DNA of 59,654 nt from an uncultured Candidatus Saccharibacteria bacterium (GTDB lineage: Bacteria > Patescibacteriota > Minisyncoccia > Phycocordibacterales > UBA5272): NCBI GenBank assembly GCA_964510805.1, contig CAZEDG010000004.1:1-59654 (forward strand), read 5' to 3'. This document shows, piece after piece, positions 27,278-37,038 of this stretch. Positions within the stretch are counted from its first letter, which is position 1. Each line of letters starts with the position of its first letter. A program made the position numbers and the translations under genes. The notes beneath the pieces are model-generated. The model was not told where the DNA came from. It saw only the letters and a list, made by a program, of their open reading frames with translations, and searched no databases.

Positions 27278-27823
27278 CTATTTTTTATTTGAGGTTGAAT
27301 CTTTGTTTTCGTCCTGATCATCGGTAATCTCCTCAACATCTTCTTGAATCTCATCAGCGTCCTTCTGAATCTCTTCAACGTCACCCTGAATCTCATCAAC
27401 GTCCTTCTGAATCTCTTCGATATCTTCCTGAATCTCTTCGTTGGCTTCCTGAATTTCTTCAACATCTTCTTGAATCTCATCCACATCCTTCTGAATCTCT
27501 TCGATATCTTCTTGAATTTCTCCACTTACTTCTTGAATTTCTTCAACATCTTCTGCAATTTCATCGATTTCTTTTTCGACACTTGCAAGTGCTCTCGCTT
27601 GGTAGTTCACACTCATTTGAATAAAGATAGAGAGATAGATTGCTTCGAGCGAGACCAGTGTAGTAAGCACAAGAAGCACTTTTTCGAAATTGATTCCAAA
27701 GAGAACAAGTACAAAAGCAAAGATAAAGACGATTGTATGGATAATTACTGACCAGATAGACCCGATGCCTCGTGTGACACCAAGCGCGAAGGACTCTGCT
27801 TTTGATAATGGAGTAGATTGCAT
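27278..27823 (-). CDS. Membrane protein (DUF1003-like N-terminus) with a C-terminal acidic heptad-repeat tail (EIQEDVE)n.
   Basis: A 21-nt period DNA repeat at 27300-27560 encodes EIQxDxE heptads. The start is probably the internal ATG at 27823. Confidence 0.5.
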   Translation of the reverse strand: MQSTPLSKAESFALGVTRGIGSIWSVIIHTIVFIFAFVLVLFGINFEKVLLVLTTLVSLEAIYLSIFIQMSVNYQARALASVEKEIDEIAEDVEEIQEVSGEIQEDIEEIQKDVDEIQEDVEEIQEANEEIQEDIEEIQKDVDEIQGDVEEIQKDADEIQEDVEEITDDQDENKDSTSNKK

Positions 27824-27864
27824 ATAGTGTCCACTATAGCACAAAAATGCTATACTGTAAGGGT

Positions 27865-29010
27865 ATGGCAGTAACAATTTTTATAGTTGTTGTTCTTTTA
27901 CTCCTTGTGATTCTTGCGGGAGGTGTTAAGTTTTTTTATTCATTAATTAATCCACATTCTATGCATCAAGAGAATAAAACAAAAGCACTCGATGTGTTCG
28001 TATACTTAGGAATTGCAATTTCACTTATTACAAGTGTGACTAATTTATTGCAAATTCTTTTTACTGCGATCGATCGTAGATTTCCAGATATTCTAAGCAC
28101 ACCAGGGTATTATGCAGACACATCAGAATCAACAATGCGTTTTGCGGTTGCTTCTATAGTGGTAATGTTCCCGATTTATACGCTTCTTTCTTGGTACACT
28201 TCTTCTGATATTAAGAAGTTTTTGTACAAGCAGGATATTCCTGTGCGTAAGTTCATGGTGTATCTTACACTTTTTGTAACAGTGCTTACGCTTATCGGCA
28301 CACTTATCTCAGTGATCTATACATACTTAGGAGGTGAGCTTTCGGTAAGGTTCGGCTATAGAGCACTCAGTGTTTTCTTTGTAGCGCTTGCACTTTTTGG
28401 ATACTATTATTACGCACTTAAGCGTGACTATAGCAAGAAGACCAAGGTTCCTGTACTTATTACACTTGCCTCATCTGTAGTCGTTCTTATTGCTGTTGTG
28501 TGGAGTGTAAATATAGTTGGTTCACCAAGTGTCATGAGAGCAAAGAAGATTGACAGTATGAGACTTGGACACATTTCTCAACTACAGCAAGAATTGCTTA
28601 ATAAAGTGAACATGAAGGATATGCTTCCAGAAAAGTTAGATGAGCTTACCAACGCTTTCCAAGGATTCCAAGTACCAGTTGATCCTGTTACCAAAGAACC
28701 GTATGAATATCATTTGATTCAGCAGGCTGTTGTGAAGATGAACTACACTCTCAACAAAAAAGAACTCACTAATCAGGCTATCTTTGAGCTTTGTGCTGTA
28801 TTCGAAACAGAAAGAGATGTTAATGGTTCAGGTATGGGAATGTCAGAGCCTGTAGTTGTCTCGTCAGCCCCAGCATTAAGTAGTATTGATGCTAAGTATT
28901 CAGCACAGAATTACTATTATGATGGAGACCAGACACCGTTTTGGAATCATGGTGTAGGCAAGACTTGTTTCAAGAGAATCATTACTCCGGAAATGTATTA
29001 TGGGAGATAG
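27865..29010 (+). CDS. Polytopic membrane protein of unknown function.
   Basis: AAGGG RBS before the ATG at 27865. Multiple TM helices. Confidence 0.55.
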   Translation: MAVTIFIVVVLLLLVILAGGVKFFYSLINPHSMHQENKTKALDVFVYLGIAISLITSVTNLLQILFTAIDRRFPDILSTPGYYADTSESTMRFAVASIVVMFPIYTLLSWYTSSDIKKFLYKQDIPVRKFMVYLTLFVTVLTLIGTLISVIYTYLGGELSVRFGYRALSVFFVALALFGYYYYALKRDYSKKTKVPVLITLASSVVVLIAVVWSVNIVGSPSVMRAKKIDSMRLGHISQLQQELLNKVNMKDMLPEKLDELTNAFQGFQVPVDPVTKEPYEYHLIQQAVVKMNYTLNKKELTNQAIFELCAVFETERDVNGSGMGMSEPVVVSSAPALSSIDAKYSAQNYYYDGDQTPFWNHGVGKTCFKRIITPEMYYGR

Positions 29011-29031
29011 AAAGATAGACCGCTTTGCTTA

Positions 29032-29154
29032 CAGAACACAGATAAGTAGATAACAGATACATGCAAAGTATAAACCAGAAGAGCGATACCTACGGTATCG
29101 CTCTTCTGGTTTTGTCTATACTCTATTGTCTGTAAGCAAAGCGATCTGTTGTCT
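29032..29154. repeat. Palindromic intergenic element (family A). A 15-bp outer inverted repeat CGCTTTGCTTACAGA / TCTGTAAGCAAAGCG encloses the terminator hairpin AAACCAGAAGAGCGATACC-tacg-GGTATCGCTCTTCTGGTTTT (29083-29124).
   Basis: Read directly from the sequence. The hairpin core AGAGCGA..CC/GG..TCGCTCT is shared with 2138-2180. Confidence 0.6.
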
Positions 29155-29208
29155 AGACAACGTTTTTCTTTTCTTCTTATTCTTCATCTGGTAGTATAGG
29201 AAGTATCT

Positions 29209-31656
29209 ATGGCATCATATAATCACAACGACATTGAGAAAAAATGGCAAAAGAAATGGGAAGAAAATAACCTTTACAAAACACAAGAAGGAGGAGACAA
29301 AAAGTTCTACATTCTAGATATGTTTCCGTACCCGTCCGGTGAAGGGCTTCATGTGGGACATCCTAAGGGGTATATTGCAACTGATGTATATAGTCGTCTT
29401 AAGAGGATGCAGGGATACGATGTGCTTCATCCGATGGGGTTCGATGCTTTTGGTCTTCCTGCTGAGCAGTATGCACTTAAGAATAAGGTTAACCCTAACG
29501 TGTCCACTGCTAAGAATGTTGCGAGGTATAAGGCACAATTACAGATGCTTGGTCTTAATTATGATTGGGAAAGAGAAGTGAATACTACTGACCCTAAGTT
29601 TTACAAATGGACCCAGTGGATGTGGAAACAAATGTATAAAAAAGGTCTTGCTTATGAGAGTTATGATCCTATTGTTTGGTGTCCTTCATGTAAGACAGGA
29701 CTTGCAAATGAGGATCTTGAGGATGGTAAGTGTGAGCGTTGTGGAAGTGATGTTGAAAAGAAGCCACTTCGTCAATGGACTATTCGTATTACTGATTATG
29801 CGAAGCGTCTTGTTGATGATCTTGATAAGCTTAACTGGGAGCCTCATATTAAGGAGCTTCAGCGTAATTGGATAGGACTCTCAGAAGGAAGTGAGATAGA
29901 TTTTAGAGTAGAGACGACAGGTACTAAGCTTGATGCGAAGTTCACTGTGTTTACCACAAGAGCGGATACACTCTTTGGTTGTACGTACTGTGTACTTGCA
30001 CCAGAGCATACTCTTGTTGAAAAATTTCTCACAGAGGGTGTGATTACTAATGGTGATGAAGTAAAAAAGTATCAAGAAGAGGTCAAGAAAAAAACTGATA
30101 TTGATCGTTCTGCAGAAGGAAAAGAAAAAACTGGGGTGAAGTTAGAAGGAATCTTTGCAGTTAATCCTGTTAATAATGAACAAGTTCCGGTATTTATTGC
30201 TGATTATGTACTTCCTCAGTATGGAACAGGGGCAATTATGGCAGTGCCAGCTCATGATGAACGTGATTATGAGTTTGCAATGAGATTTAATCTTGTTGTT
30301 AAACAGGTAATTGCAACAGATACTGGTTCAGTAACTGACGACGGAATACTCATTAACTCAGATCTATTCACAGGACTTACTTCAGAAGAAGCTCGTAAGA
30401 AGATTACTGAGAAAGTTGGTGGAAAAATTGTTACTAAGACCAAGCTTCGTGACTGGGTATTCGCGCGACAGAGATATTGGGGAGAGCCGTTTCCAATCGT
30501 GTTTGATGAGAATCATAAGTCTTATGCAGTTGCTGACAGTGAACTTCCTGTAGAGCTTCCTATGGTGGACGCATACGAACCAACGGGGACAGGGGAGAGC
30601 CCTCTTGCTACTATTAAGGACTGGGTCGAAGTGTATGGATATATTAATGAAGAAGGGGAGTTTGTGAGTTGTGATAAAGGCGACGAAAAAGCGAAGCTTT
30701 TTCGTCGCGAAACCAACACTATGCCACAATGGGCGGGCTCATCATGGTATTACCTTCGCTATATCGACCCTAAGAATGATACAGTCTTTGCGGATAAAGA
30801 AAAAGAAAAGAAATGGTCCCCTGTTGATTTTTATGTTGGTGGCGCAGAACACGCAACACGGCATTTGATCTATGCACGATTTTGGCATAAGTTCCTCTAC
30901 GATCTTGGGTATGTGCATTACGATGAGCCTTTTACCAAGCTTCAAACGGTCGGCCTTATTATTGCAGAAGATGGTCGCAAGATGAGTAAGAGATGGGGCA
31001 ATATTGTGAATCCTGATGAAATTATTCATGAGTATGGAGCAGATACACTCCGTATGTATGAGATGTTTATGGGGCCTTTTGATCAAGCGGTTGCATGGAG
31101 CACAAAAGGAGTTCAGGGTGTGAAGCGTTTTCTTGATCGATTTGTAAGACTTGGCGAGTCGCTTAAAGAGGGTGTTTTACTTAGTAAAGAAAACGAAACA
31201 TTGCTTCATCAAACAGTCAAAAAAGTTGGAGAAGATATTGAAAGCTTTAAGTTCAATACCGCTGTTTCTTCACTCATGATTCTCCTTAATGCTCTTGAAA
31301 AGGAAGAAGGAGTGGCAAGAGAAGTTTACAGGACTACAGTCCTTCTTATTGCGCCTTTTGCCCCTCATCTTGCTGAGGAATTGTGGGAAATGTACGGTTT
31401 TAAGGAAGGAGATCGTTCAATTCATGAGGAAAAATGGCCTTCGTATGATGTGGAAAAACTCACCTTAGATACGGTGGTATATGCAGTGCAGGTTAATGGC
31501 AAGTTACGAGGTGAACTTTCTGCTAAACATGACGAGAGTGAGGATGTCCTAAAAAACGCTTTAAAATCAAGTGAAATTTACAAAAAGTACGTGCATGAGA
31601 GTGAACCAAAGAAGCTTATTATTATCAAAAACAAAATTATCAATATCGTTATTTGA
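29209..31656 (+). CDS. leuS: Leucyl-tRNA synthetase.
   Basis: HVGH and KMSKR class-I motifs. 815 aa. Confidence 0.95.
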   Translation: MASYNHNDIEKKWQKKWEENNLYKTQEGGDKKFYILDMFPYPSGEGLHVGHPKGYIATDVYSRLKRMQGYDVLHPMGFDAFGLPAEQYALKNKVNPNVSTAKNVARYKAQLQMLGLNYDWEREVNTTDPKFYKWTQWMWKQMYKKGLAYESYDPIVWCPSCKTGLANEDLEDGKCERCGSDVEKKPLRQWTIRITDYAKRLVDDLDKLNWEPHIKELQRNWIGLSEGSEIDFRVETTGTKLDAKFTVFTTRADTLFGCTYCVLAPEHTLVEKFLTEGVITNGDEVKKYQEEVKKKTDIDRSAEGKEKTGVKLEGIFAVNPVNNEQVPVFIADYVLPQYGTGAIMAVPAHDERDYEFAMRFNLVVKQVIATDTGSVTDDGILINSDLFTGLTSEEARKKITEKVGGKIVTKTKLRDWVFARQRYWGEPFPIVFDENHKSYAVADSELPVELPMVDAYEPTGTGESPLATIKDWVEVYGYINEEGEFVSCDKGDEKAKLFRRETNTMPQWAGSSWYYLRYIDPKNDTVFADKEKEKKWSPVDFYVGGAEHATRHLIYARFWHKFLYDLGYVHYDEPFTKLQTVGLIIAEDGRKMSKRWGNIVNPDEIIHEYGADTLRMYEMFMGPFDQAVAWSTKGVQGVKRFLDRFVRLGESLKEGVLLSKENETLLHQTVKKVGEDIESFKFNTAVSSLMILLNALEKEEGVAREVYRTTVLLIAPFAPHLAEELWEMYGFKEGDRSIHEEKWPSYDVEKLTLDTVVYAVQVNGKLRGELSAKHDESEDVLKNALKSSEIYKKYVHESEPKKLIIIKNKIINIVI

Positions 31657-31706
31657 CGTTTTTGGCAAGTTCTGGTAGAATGGAATAACTTAATTTAATA
31701 AATCAT

Positions 31707-32735
31707 ATGTCAGGTATTACTTTTAAACCCAAAGCCGTTTCCAAAAAGCTTCTTTCGACGCTTAACCCAAGAACACGAGAAATCGTGATCAATCGTTATG
31801 GTCTAGAGAAAGAAAATAGAATGACCCTTGAAGCAATCGGGAAGACATATGATATTACTCGTGAACGAGTAAGACAGATCGAAAACTTTGCACTCACTTC
31901 TATCAAGAAGTCTAAGGAGTACAAAGAGCATCTTTTTGTATTCGAAGAACTCAAGAAGATTGTTGAAGATCTCGGTGCTGTTGTCTCAGAGGATCATCTT
32001 ATGCGTCATATCTCTAAGGATCCTGTGATTCAGAATCATATCAATCTCTATCTTGCACTTGGTGAAGATTTTAAGAAGCATAAAGAAGACGATCATTTCC
32101 ACGCTCACTTCACAACTAACGATAAGACTGCTGAACATGTACGTCAAGCACTCCATAAGCTCTATGGATCTATAAGTGAAGAAGATCTTATTGGAGAAGA
32201 AGAGGTGTTCTCAAGATTTATGAGTCATCTTAACGAGCTTATTGCTGAGTATAAGGAGAACAAGGAGATTATTTATCGTTACCTTGCGCTCTCTAAGGTT
32301 GTTGGCAAGAATCAGTTAAGTGAATGGGGTCGCACTTCATCTCCTCATGTAAAGGCTCGTGGTATTAAGGATTATGCATACCTTATTATGCGTCGCGCTA
32401 ATCGTCCTATGCACTTCAAGGAAGTTGCGCAAGAGATTAACAAGACTTTTGGTAAGAAGGCACATGTTGCGACATGTCATAATGAACTTATCAAGGATTC
32501 TCGTTTTGTTCTTGTTGGTCGCGGAATGTACGGCCTTAAGGATTGGGGTCATACAGGTGGCGTTGTCCGTGATGTGATTACTGAAGTTCTTAAGGAGGCA
32601 GGTCGCCCTCTTCCAAAAGATGAAATCATTAAGCGTGTACTACAGAAGCGCATCGTAAAGCCTAACACTGTGCTTGTAAACCTTCAAAATACTAAACATT
32701 TCCGTAAGGTTGCTGGAGATTATACAGTTGTGTAG
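31707..32735 (+). CDS. Sigma-70 region-4-like HTH protein with a C-terminal HARE-HTH domain.
   Basis: TLEAIGKTYDITRERVRQIENFAL, then a C-terminal MHFKEVAQEI...RFVLVGRGMYGLKDW. Confidence 0.5.
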   Translation: MSGITFKPKAVSKKLLSTLNPRTREIVINRYGLEKENRMTLEAIGKTYDITRERVRQIENFALTSIKKSKEYKEHLFVFEELKKIVEDLGAVVSEDHLMRHISKDPVIQNHINLYLALGEDFKKHKEDDHFHAHFTTNDKTAEHVRQALHKLYGSISEEDLIGEEEVFSRFMSHLNELIAEYKENKEIIYRYLALSKVVGKNQLSEWGRTSSPHVKARGIKDYAYLIMRRANRPMHFKEVAQEINKTFGKKAHVATCHNELIKDSRFVLVGRGMYGLKDWGHTGGVVRDVITEVLKEAGRPLPKDEIIKRVLQKRIVKPNTVLVNLQNTKHFRKVAGDYTVV

Positions 32736-32763
32736 CAGATCTACAAATTGCAGTTTTAAAAAA

Positions 32764-32806
32764 TAATCACCCTACACATTGAAAATGTAGGGTGATTATT
32801 TTTCTA
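32764..32806 (+). terminator. Intrinsic terminator.
   Basis: AATCACCCTACAC...GTGTAGGGTGATT plus a T-tract. Confidence 0.7.
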
Positions 32807-32893
32807 TTGCTTTTTTGTATTTTTTATGGTAGTGTTTTTTTGGATGATACTTGACATGGTGTCAAGTTCCGTTTTCCTGAAAGGGGAAAGTTA

Positions 32894-33556
32894 ATGAGTT
32901 CTCTTAATGCAGAAGAAATGATGCAGGCTCTCATGTTGTTGCATACTCCTCCAAAACATACCGCAGATGCAATTTTCATTCACGGTTCATCAATTAGGAG
33001 TGACGAGCTCGATAAAGCACTCATTTCTCACGCATGTTCTTTGGTTCGTCGGCGAGTTGCTCCTGTCGTGGTTGTGAATGGTTTGTCCGATAAGGTGTGT
33101 CGAGAAAAGAATTTGGCGTATGCCGGAGCAGATTCCTGGAGAGATATGTTGCATAAGCGTAATGTTCCTGTTCTTCAGATCCCCGCGTCCCCACACACTC
33201 CTGCGGAGTGTGATAATTTGATCAAGTTTGCATCTGAACAAGGATGGAAACGCGTTGAAGTCTTGTCTTTGCCTCATCATTTGCTTCGGTGTGCAGCTCA
33301 GATGGTATTTTGTTTGAAGCGGGCCGAGTCTCCTCTTGAAGCTTTTTACTCTTCTTTTGTGTTCGCCTCGTGGAATATGCACGCAGTCAAACCAGTTCTT
33401 GGTGGCGGTGTTGAAGAAGGGAGTTTCTTTGACCACATCGGAATTGAACACTCTCGTTTTGAGAAGTATTCTGATCAGAGCGGAAGCGGGTATACTCCGA
33501 ATGCTTCACTTGGTGACCTGGTCGAGTATCTCAAAAAACTTTACAAGGTTTCATAA
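32894..33556 (+). CDS. DUF218 (YdcF/ElyC/SanA-like) family protein.
   Basis: Pattern resemblance (VVVNG and the SPHTPAECDN region). Assigned with low confidence. Confidence 0.4.
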   Translation: MSSLNAEEMMQALMLLHTPPKHTADAIFIHGSSIRSDELDKALISHACSLVRRRVAPVVVVNGLSDKVCREKNLAYAGADSWRDMLHKRNVPVLQIPASPHTPAECDNLIKFASEQGWKRVEVLSLPHHLLRCAAQMVFCLKRAESPLEAFYSSFVFASWNMHAVKPVLGGGVEEGSFFDHIGIEHSRFEKYSDQSGSGYTPNASLGDLVEYLKKLYKVS

Positions 33557-33571
33557 AAAGAGTTTTGTTCT

Positions 33572-33606
33572 AGCCACGGATATGTCGTATGTCCGTGGCT
33601 TTTTTG
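33572..33606 (+). terminator. Intrinsic terminator.
   Basis: AGCCACGGATAT-gtcg-TATGTCCGTGGCT plus TTTTTT. Confidence 0.7.
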
Positions 33607-33640
33607 ATCCACTATTTTTTTGTACTGAAGAATAAGGGAC

Positions 33641-35242
33641 ATGGTATACTTTCTAAGTATGCAGATACTTATCGACATAGGTCTTCTTTTTGTTTATATT
33701 ACTTTACTTTCTTTACTCTTCATTTGGTTTGTTAGATTTTGGATGATGTATAGGAACCAGGAATATAATAATAGTTTGAAATGGACAATGCTTGAAATTA
33801 AACTTCCTGCCGAAATCAATAAATCTCCGTACGCTACAGAGCTTGCTATTTCTTCATTATTACAAAATGGTGGAGTAAGTACAAAATATGATACAAAAAT
33901 TCTTGGCAAGCAGGCAGTGTTTTCTTCACTTGAAATAGCTTCAATAGAAGGTGTCGTTCATTTTTATGTTCGTATTCAGTCAAGGTTTAAGAATTTAGTA
34001 GAAGCAAGTTTTTATGCTCAGTATCCCGGGATAGAAATTGTGGAAGCTGATGATTACACAAAACTTATTAGATACCATCATTTGTCTAATGATGTTTCTA
34101 TGTTCGGAGCAATGTATAAACCTTCAGCTAAATGGATACCAACTAATCCAAAAACAGGCAAACCTTATAAGAAAGGTGGTTCAGAGAGTGATGTTCCCGG
34201 AGAAAAAGATGATAAAGTATCTCTGCCTGCTGATTTTTTACCATTTAAGACGTATGTTGATTATGGTCTCGATAAAGATCCAAAAGAAGAATATAAGATA
34301 GATCCTATTGTTCCAATATTGGAAGCTATGGGGACTCTCGGAAAAGGTGAGCATATGTGGTATCAGATTCTTTTTTCTGATGAAAGTGTTTATAACGATA
34401 AGAAAATGCCAAAACTGTATGTTAATCCGGTGACGCATAAACATCTTAATCTAAAAGAAATGGCTGACTCGAGAAAAGAACAAATAAGAACAGCTTCTTG
34501 GAATATAAAAGGTTCAGTTAAGGCAGATGAATTTGGTGTTCCTTCTGTTGTGGATGCTTATAAAAAAAATGAAGACGGATCTTATGAGCAATTATTTGAT
34601 ATAGAAACAGATAAGGATGGTAAGCAAATTAAAAAACCAAAAAAGAAATTTGCTCAATTTCTGGAGACGAAGCCGGTTTTTAAACCAGAAATGAGTTTAA
34701 CGCAAGATGAAAAAGATGAACTTGAAGCTATTAATAGAAAATTTTCTAAACATCTTGCTCTGACTAATATTCGTCTTGTTTATATTGCTAAAAGAGAGAA
34801 TTTTAAAGGGAGCAATGTCCCCCCTTTAATAGTTTTCCCGAGAAATTTTAAAGGAGTTAACTCTTTTGGTCTTGGAACTTCTGATCCTTATGATTATCCT
34901 TGGCAAAAGAGATTCCATGGTGTTGAGTGGAGAACAGAAGAAATGTTTGAAGCTTACGTGGAACGCGAAGCTTTTTTCCCGCACATAGGAGGAAGAAAAG
35001 TCTTGGATCAATGGGAGGACCGGTTTTTCTGGTCTTCCCCAATGAAGCATCGCAAAATTTTCAGAATGATCTATGAAGGTATCTTTCATCCGTTTGGTCA
35101 CCCTCAACCCGAGTGGGTTTTTACAGCGAACCTAGAAGAAATTGCAACTCTTTGGCATCTTCCTGGAGCAACCGCAGCTACTCCGACGCTTCCTCGTATT
35201 AACAGTACTAAAGGGGTGGCGCCTGTTAATCTTCCACTGTAG
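33641..35242 (+). CDS. Membrane-anchored hypothetical protein, 533 aa.
   Basis: N-terminal TM helix. Which ATG is the start is uncertain. Confidence 0.5.
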   Translation: MVYFLSMQILIDIGLLFVYITLLSLLFIWFVRFWMMYRNQEYNNSLKWTMLEIKLPAEINKSPYATELAISSLLQNGGVSTKYDTKILGKQAVFSSLEIASIEGVVHFYVRIQSRFKNLVEASFYAQYPGIEIVEADDYTKLIRYHHLSNDVSMFGAMYKPSAKWIPTNPKTGKPYKKGGSESDVPGEKDDKVSLPADFLPFKTYVDYGLDKDPKEEYKIDPIVPILEAMGTLGKGEHMWYQILFSDESVYNDKKMPKLYVNPVTHKHLNLKEMADSRKEQIRTASWNIKGSVKADEFGVPSVVDAYKKNEDGSYEQLFDIETDKDGKQIKKPKKKFAQFLETKPVFKPEMSLTQDEKDELEAINRKFSKHLALTNIRLVYIAKRENFKGSNVPPLIVFPRNFKGVNSFGLGTSDPYDYPWQKRFHGVEWRTEEMFEAYVEREAFFPHIGGRKVLDQWEDRFFWSSPMKHRKIFRMIYEGIFHPFGHPQPEWVFTANLEEIATLWHLPGATAATPTLPRINSTKGVAPVNLPL

Positions 35243-35277
35243 AGTGTGAGTGTTTTGTATTTTTTTATTTTTCTTGT

Positions 35278-36183
35278 ATGCAAAAAAATAACCACATAAC
35301 AGCATTCTCAGTTATCGCTACCGTTTTTGCTGTAAGTTCTGCATATCTTTATTATGCTTTTTTTGTCCCGACAAAACACTTTCCGAAGAGTAAACAATTC
35401 ACTGTTAACGAAAATGAATCATTAAAGACAATTAGTGAAAGACTTTTTCGAGAAGGATTTATCTCATCGCCACTTCTTTTTAGGGCGGGGGTGTCTTTTC
35501 TGAACAAAGACACATCGGTGCAACTTGGTGGGTATGTTTTTGACAGAGAAATGAGTCTCCTTCAGGTGATTCATTCGCTTACTTCAGGTAACGAAAGATT
35601 ACCGCTCCTCTCTGTAACAATTCCAGAAGGAAGTACTTCGTATGAGGTTGCTTCAATTATCGTAAAAGCATTTCCTTCATTTTCTCAGGAAGTGCTTCAA
35701 AGACTTATTGAACAATATCATGCGAAAGGTAAGCTGTTCCCTTCTACGTACTACCTACTTCCTTCTTACAAAGAAGAAGATGTTATTAAGTTGATGCTTA
35801 CAACTTTTTCTAAAAAAGCAGAAAAAGAAATCTCTGAGACCAACGTTGCTTCACCTCTTACATCGCTTGATGATGTGCTTACTCTTGCTTCTATCTTAGA
35901 AGGGGAAGCAAAGACAGAAAAAGATATGAAGATAGTGTCAGGTATTCTTCTAAAAAGACTTACGCTTGGTATGCCTCTTCAAGTTGATGTTGCAAAAGAG
36001 ACATATAAAGAAAGAGGTTTACCAAAAGAACCACTCAATAATCCAGGTCTTGTGGCAATACGAGCAGTGCTTTTCCCTACAGCTACCGAGTATCTTTATT
36101 ATATTACAGGGAAAGACGGGCAGATGTATTATGCGAAAACTTTTGAAGAGCATAAGAAAAATATACAGAAATACTTGAGATAG
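35278..36183 (+). CDS. mltG: Endolytic murein transglycosylase MltG (YceG-like).
   Basis: N-terminal TM helix and the C-terminal YceG signature (LPKEPLNNPGLVAIRAVLFP...YYITGKDG). Confidence 0.75.
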   Translation: MQKNNHITAFSVIATVFAVSSAYLYYAFFVPTKHFPKSKQFTVNENESLKTISERLFREGFISSPLLFRAGVSFLNKDTSVQLGGYVFDREMSLLQVIHSLTSGNERLPLLSVTIPEGSTSYEVASIIVKAFPSFSQEVLQRLIEQYHAKGKLFPSTYYLLPSYKEEDVIKLMLTTFSKKAEKEISETNVASPLTSLDDVLTLASILEGEAKTEKDMKIVSGILLKRLTLGMPLQVDVAKETYKERGLPKEPLNNPGLVAIRAVLFPTATEYLYYITGKDGQMYYAKTFEEHKKNIQKYLR

Positions 36184-36185
36184 GT

Positions 36186-36304
36186 ATTAGATATTAGACT
36201 TCAGATATTAGAAAAAAAATACATTCAATGATAAAATTTAAGCTTAAGACTTGTGAGTTTGTGCTTTTTCCAAAGTCTACTGTCTAATATCTAACCTCTA
36301 ATTA
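36186..36304. repeat. Palindromic intergenic element (family B copy) with arms TTAGATATTAGAC / GTCTAATATCTAA.
   Basis: Read from the sequence. Confidence 0.5.
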
Positions 36305-36305
36305 T

Positions 36306-36857
36306 ATGAAAATTCACAACCTTGCTTTTATCGATACAGAAACAACAGGAACCAACCCGCAGTATCATGAGATTATTGAACTTGCGGTTATCATTGCAAG
36401 ACAAGTTCCAAGAGAGGGCCGTGGACCTAAACTTGAGATAATAGAAGAGTGTGAATGGAAGATAAAGATGCAGAGACCTGAACGTGCAGAAGAGCAAGCG
36501 CTTCGTGTTAACGGATATAATGAAGTAGATTGGATGTTTGCAGTTGACCGCAAGAAGGCAATGGAAGAGTTCGCAAAAAAGACACAAAGTTGTTCATTTG
36601 TTTCTCATAACCTTGTGTTTGATTACCAGTTCTTGATGCAAGCTTTTGAAGAAACTGGTGTTGAGAATCGTATGCATTACGCTAAGATCGATACTATTTC
36701 TCTTGCTTTTGGAAGACTCTATGATGCACCTCAAGCTGATAAGTTTTCTCTTCGAGCGCTATGTGATCTTCTTAAGGTGGAGAACGCTAAGGCTCACACT
36801 GCGCTTGCAGACACAAGAGCGCTTGTTGAGGTGTATAAGAAGATTATGAATGCGTAA
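36306..36857 (+). CDS. DEDDh 3'-5' exonuclease (DnaQ/epsilon-like).
   Basis: Exo I FIDTETTG, Exo II HNLVFDYQFL, Exo III HTALADTRAL. Confidence 0.8.
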   Translation: MKIHNLAFIDTETTGTNPQYHEIIELAVIIARQVPREGRGPKLEIIEECEWKIKMQRPERAEEQALRVNGYNEVDWMFAVDRKKAMEEFAKKTQSCSFVSHNLVFDYQFLMQAFEETGVENRMHYAKIDTISLAFGRLYDAPQADKFSLRALCDLLKVENAKAHTALADTRALVEVYKKIMNA

Positions 36858-36874
36858 AGACAGATAATAGATAG

Positions 36875-37026
36875 TAGACGTTAGATATTAGAATTTGTTT
36901 CAAAATGTAAGGTTATAGTAAAATCATTGCACAGCTTTTGAAATTGTTTGTCAATTATGGTATACTGCATCAACTGTAGAGGGGTAGACGGATATATTTT
37001 TCTAATACCTAACGTCTAATATCTAT
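36875..37026. repeat. Palindromic intergenic element (family B copy). Arms TAGACGTTAGATATTAGAA / TTCTAATACCTAACGTCTAATATCTA surround an extended -10 (TGGTATACT).
   Basis: Read from the sequence. Confidence 0.55.
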
Positions 37027-37038
37027 CTTCTAGTCCTT

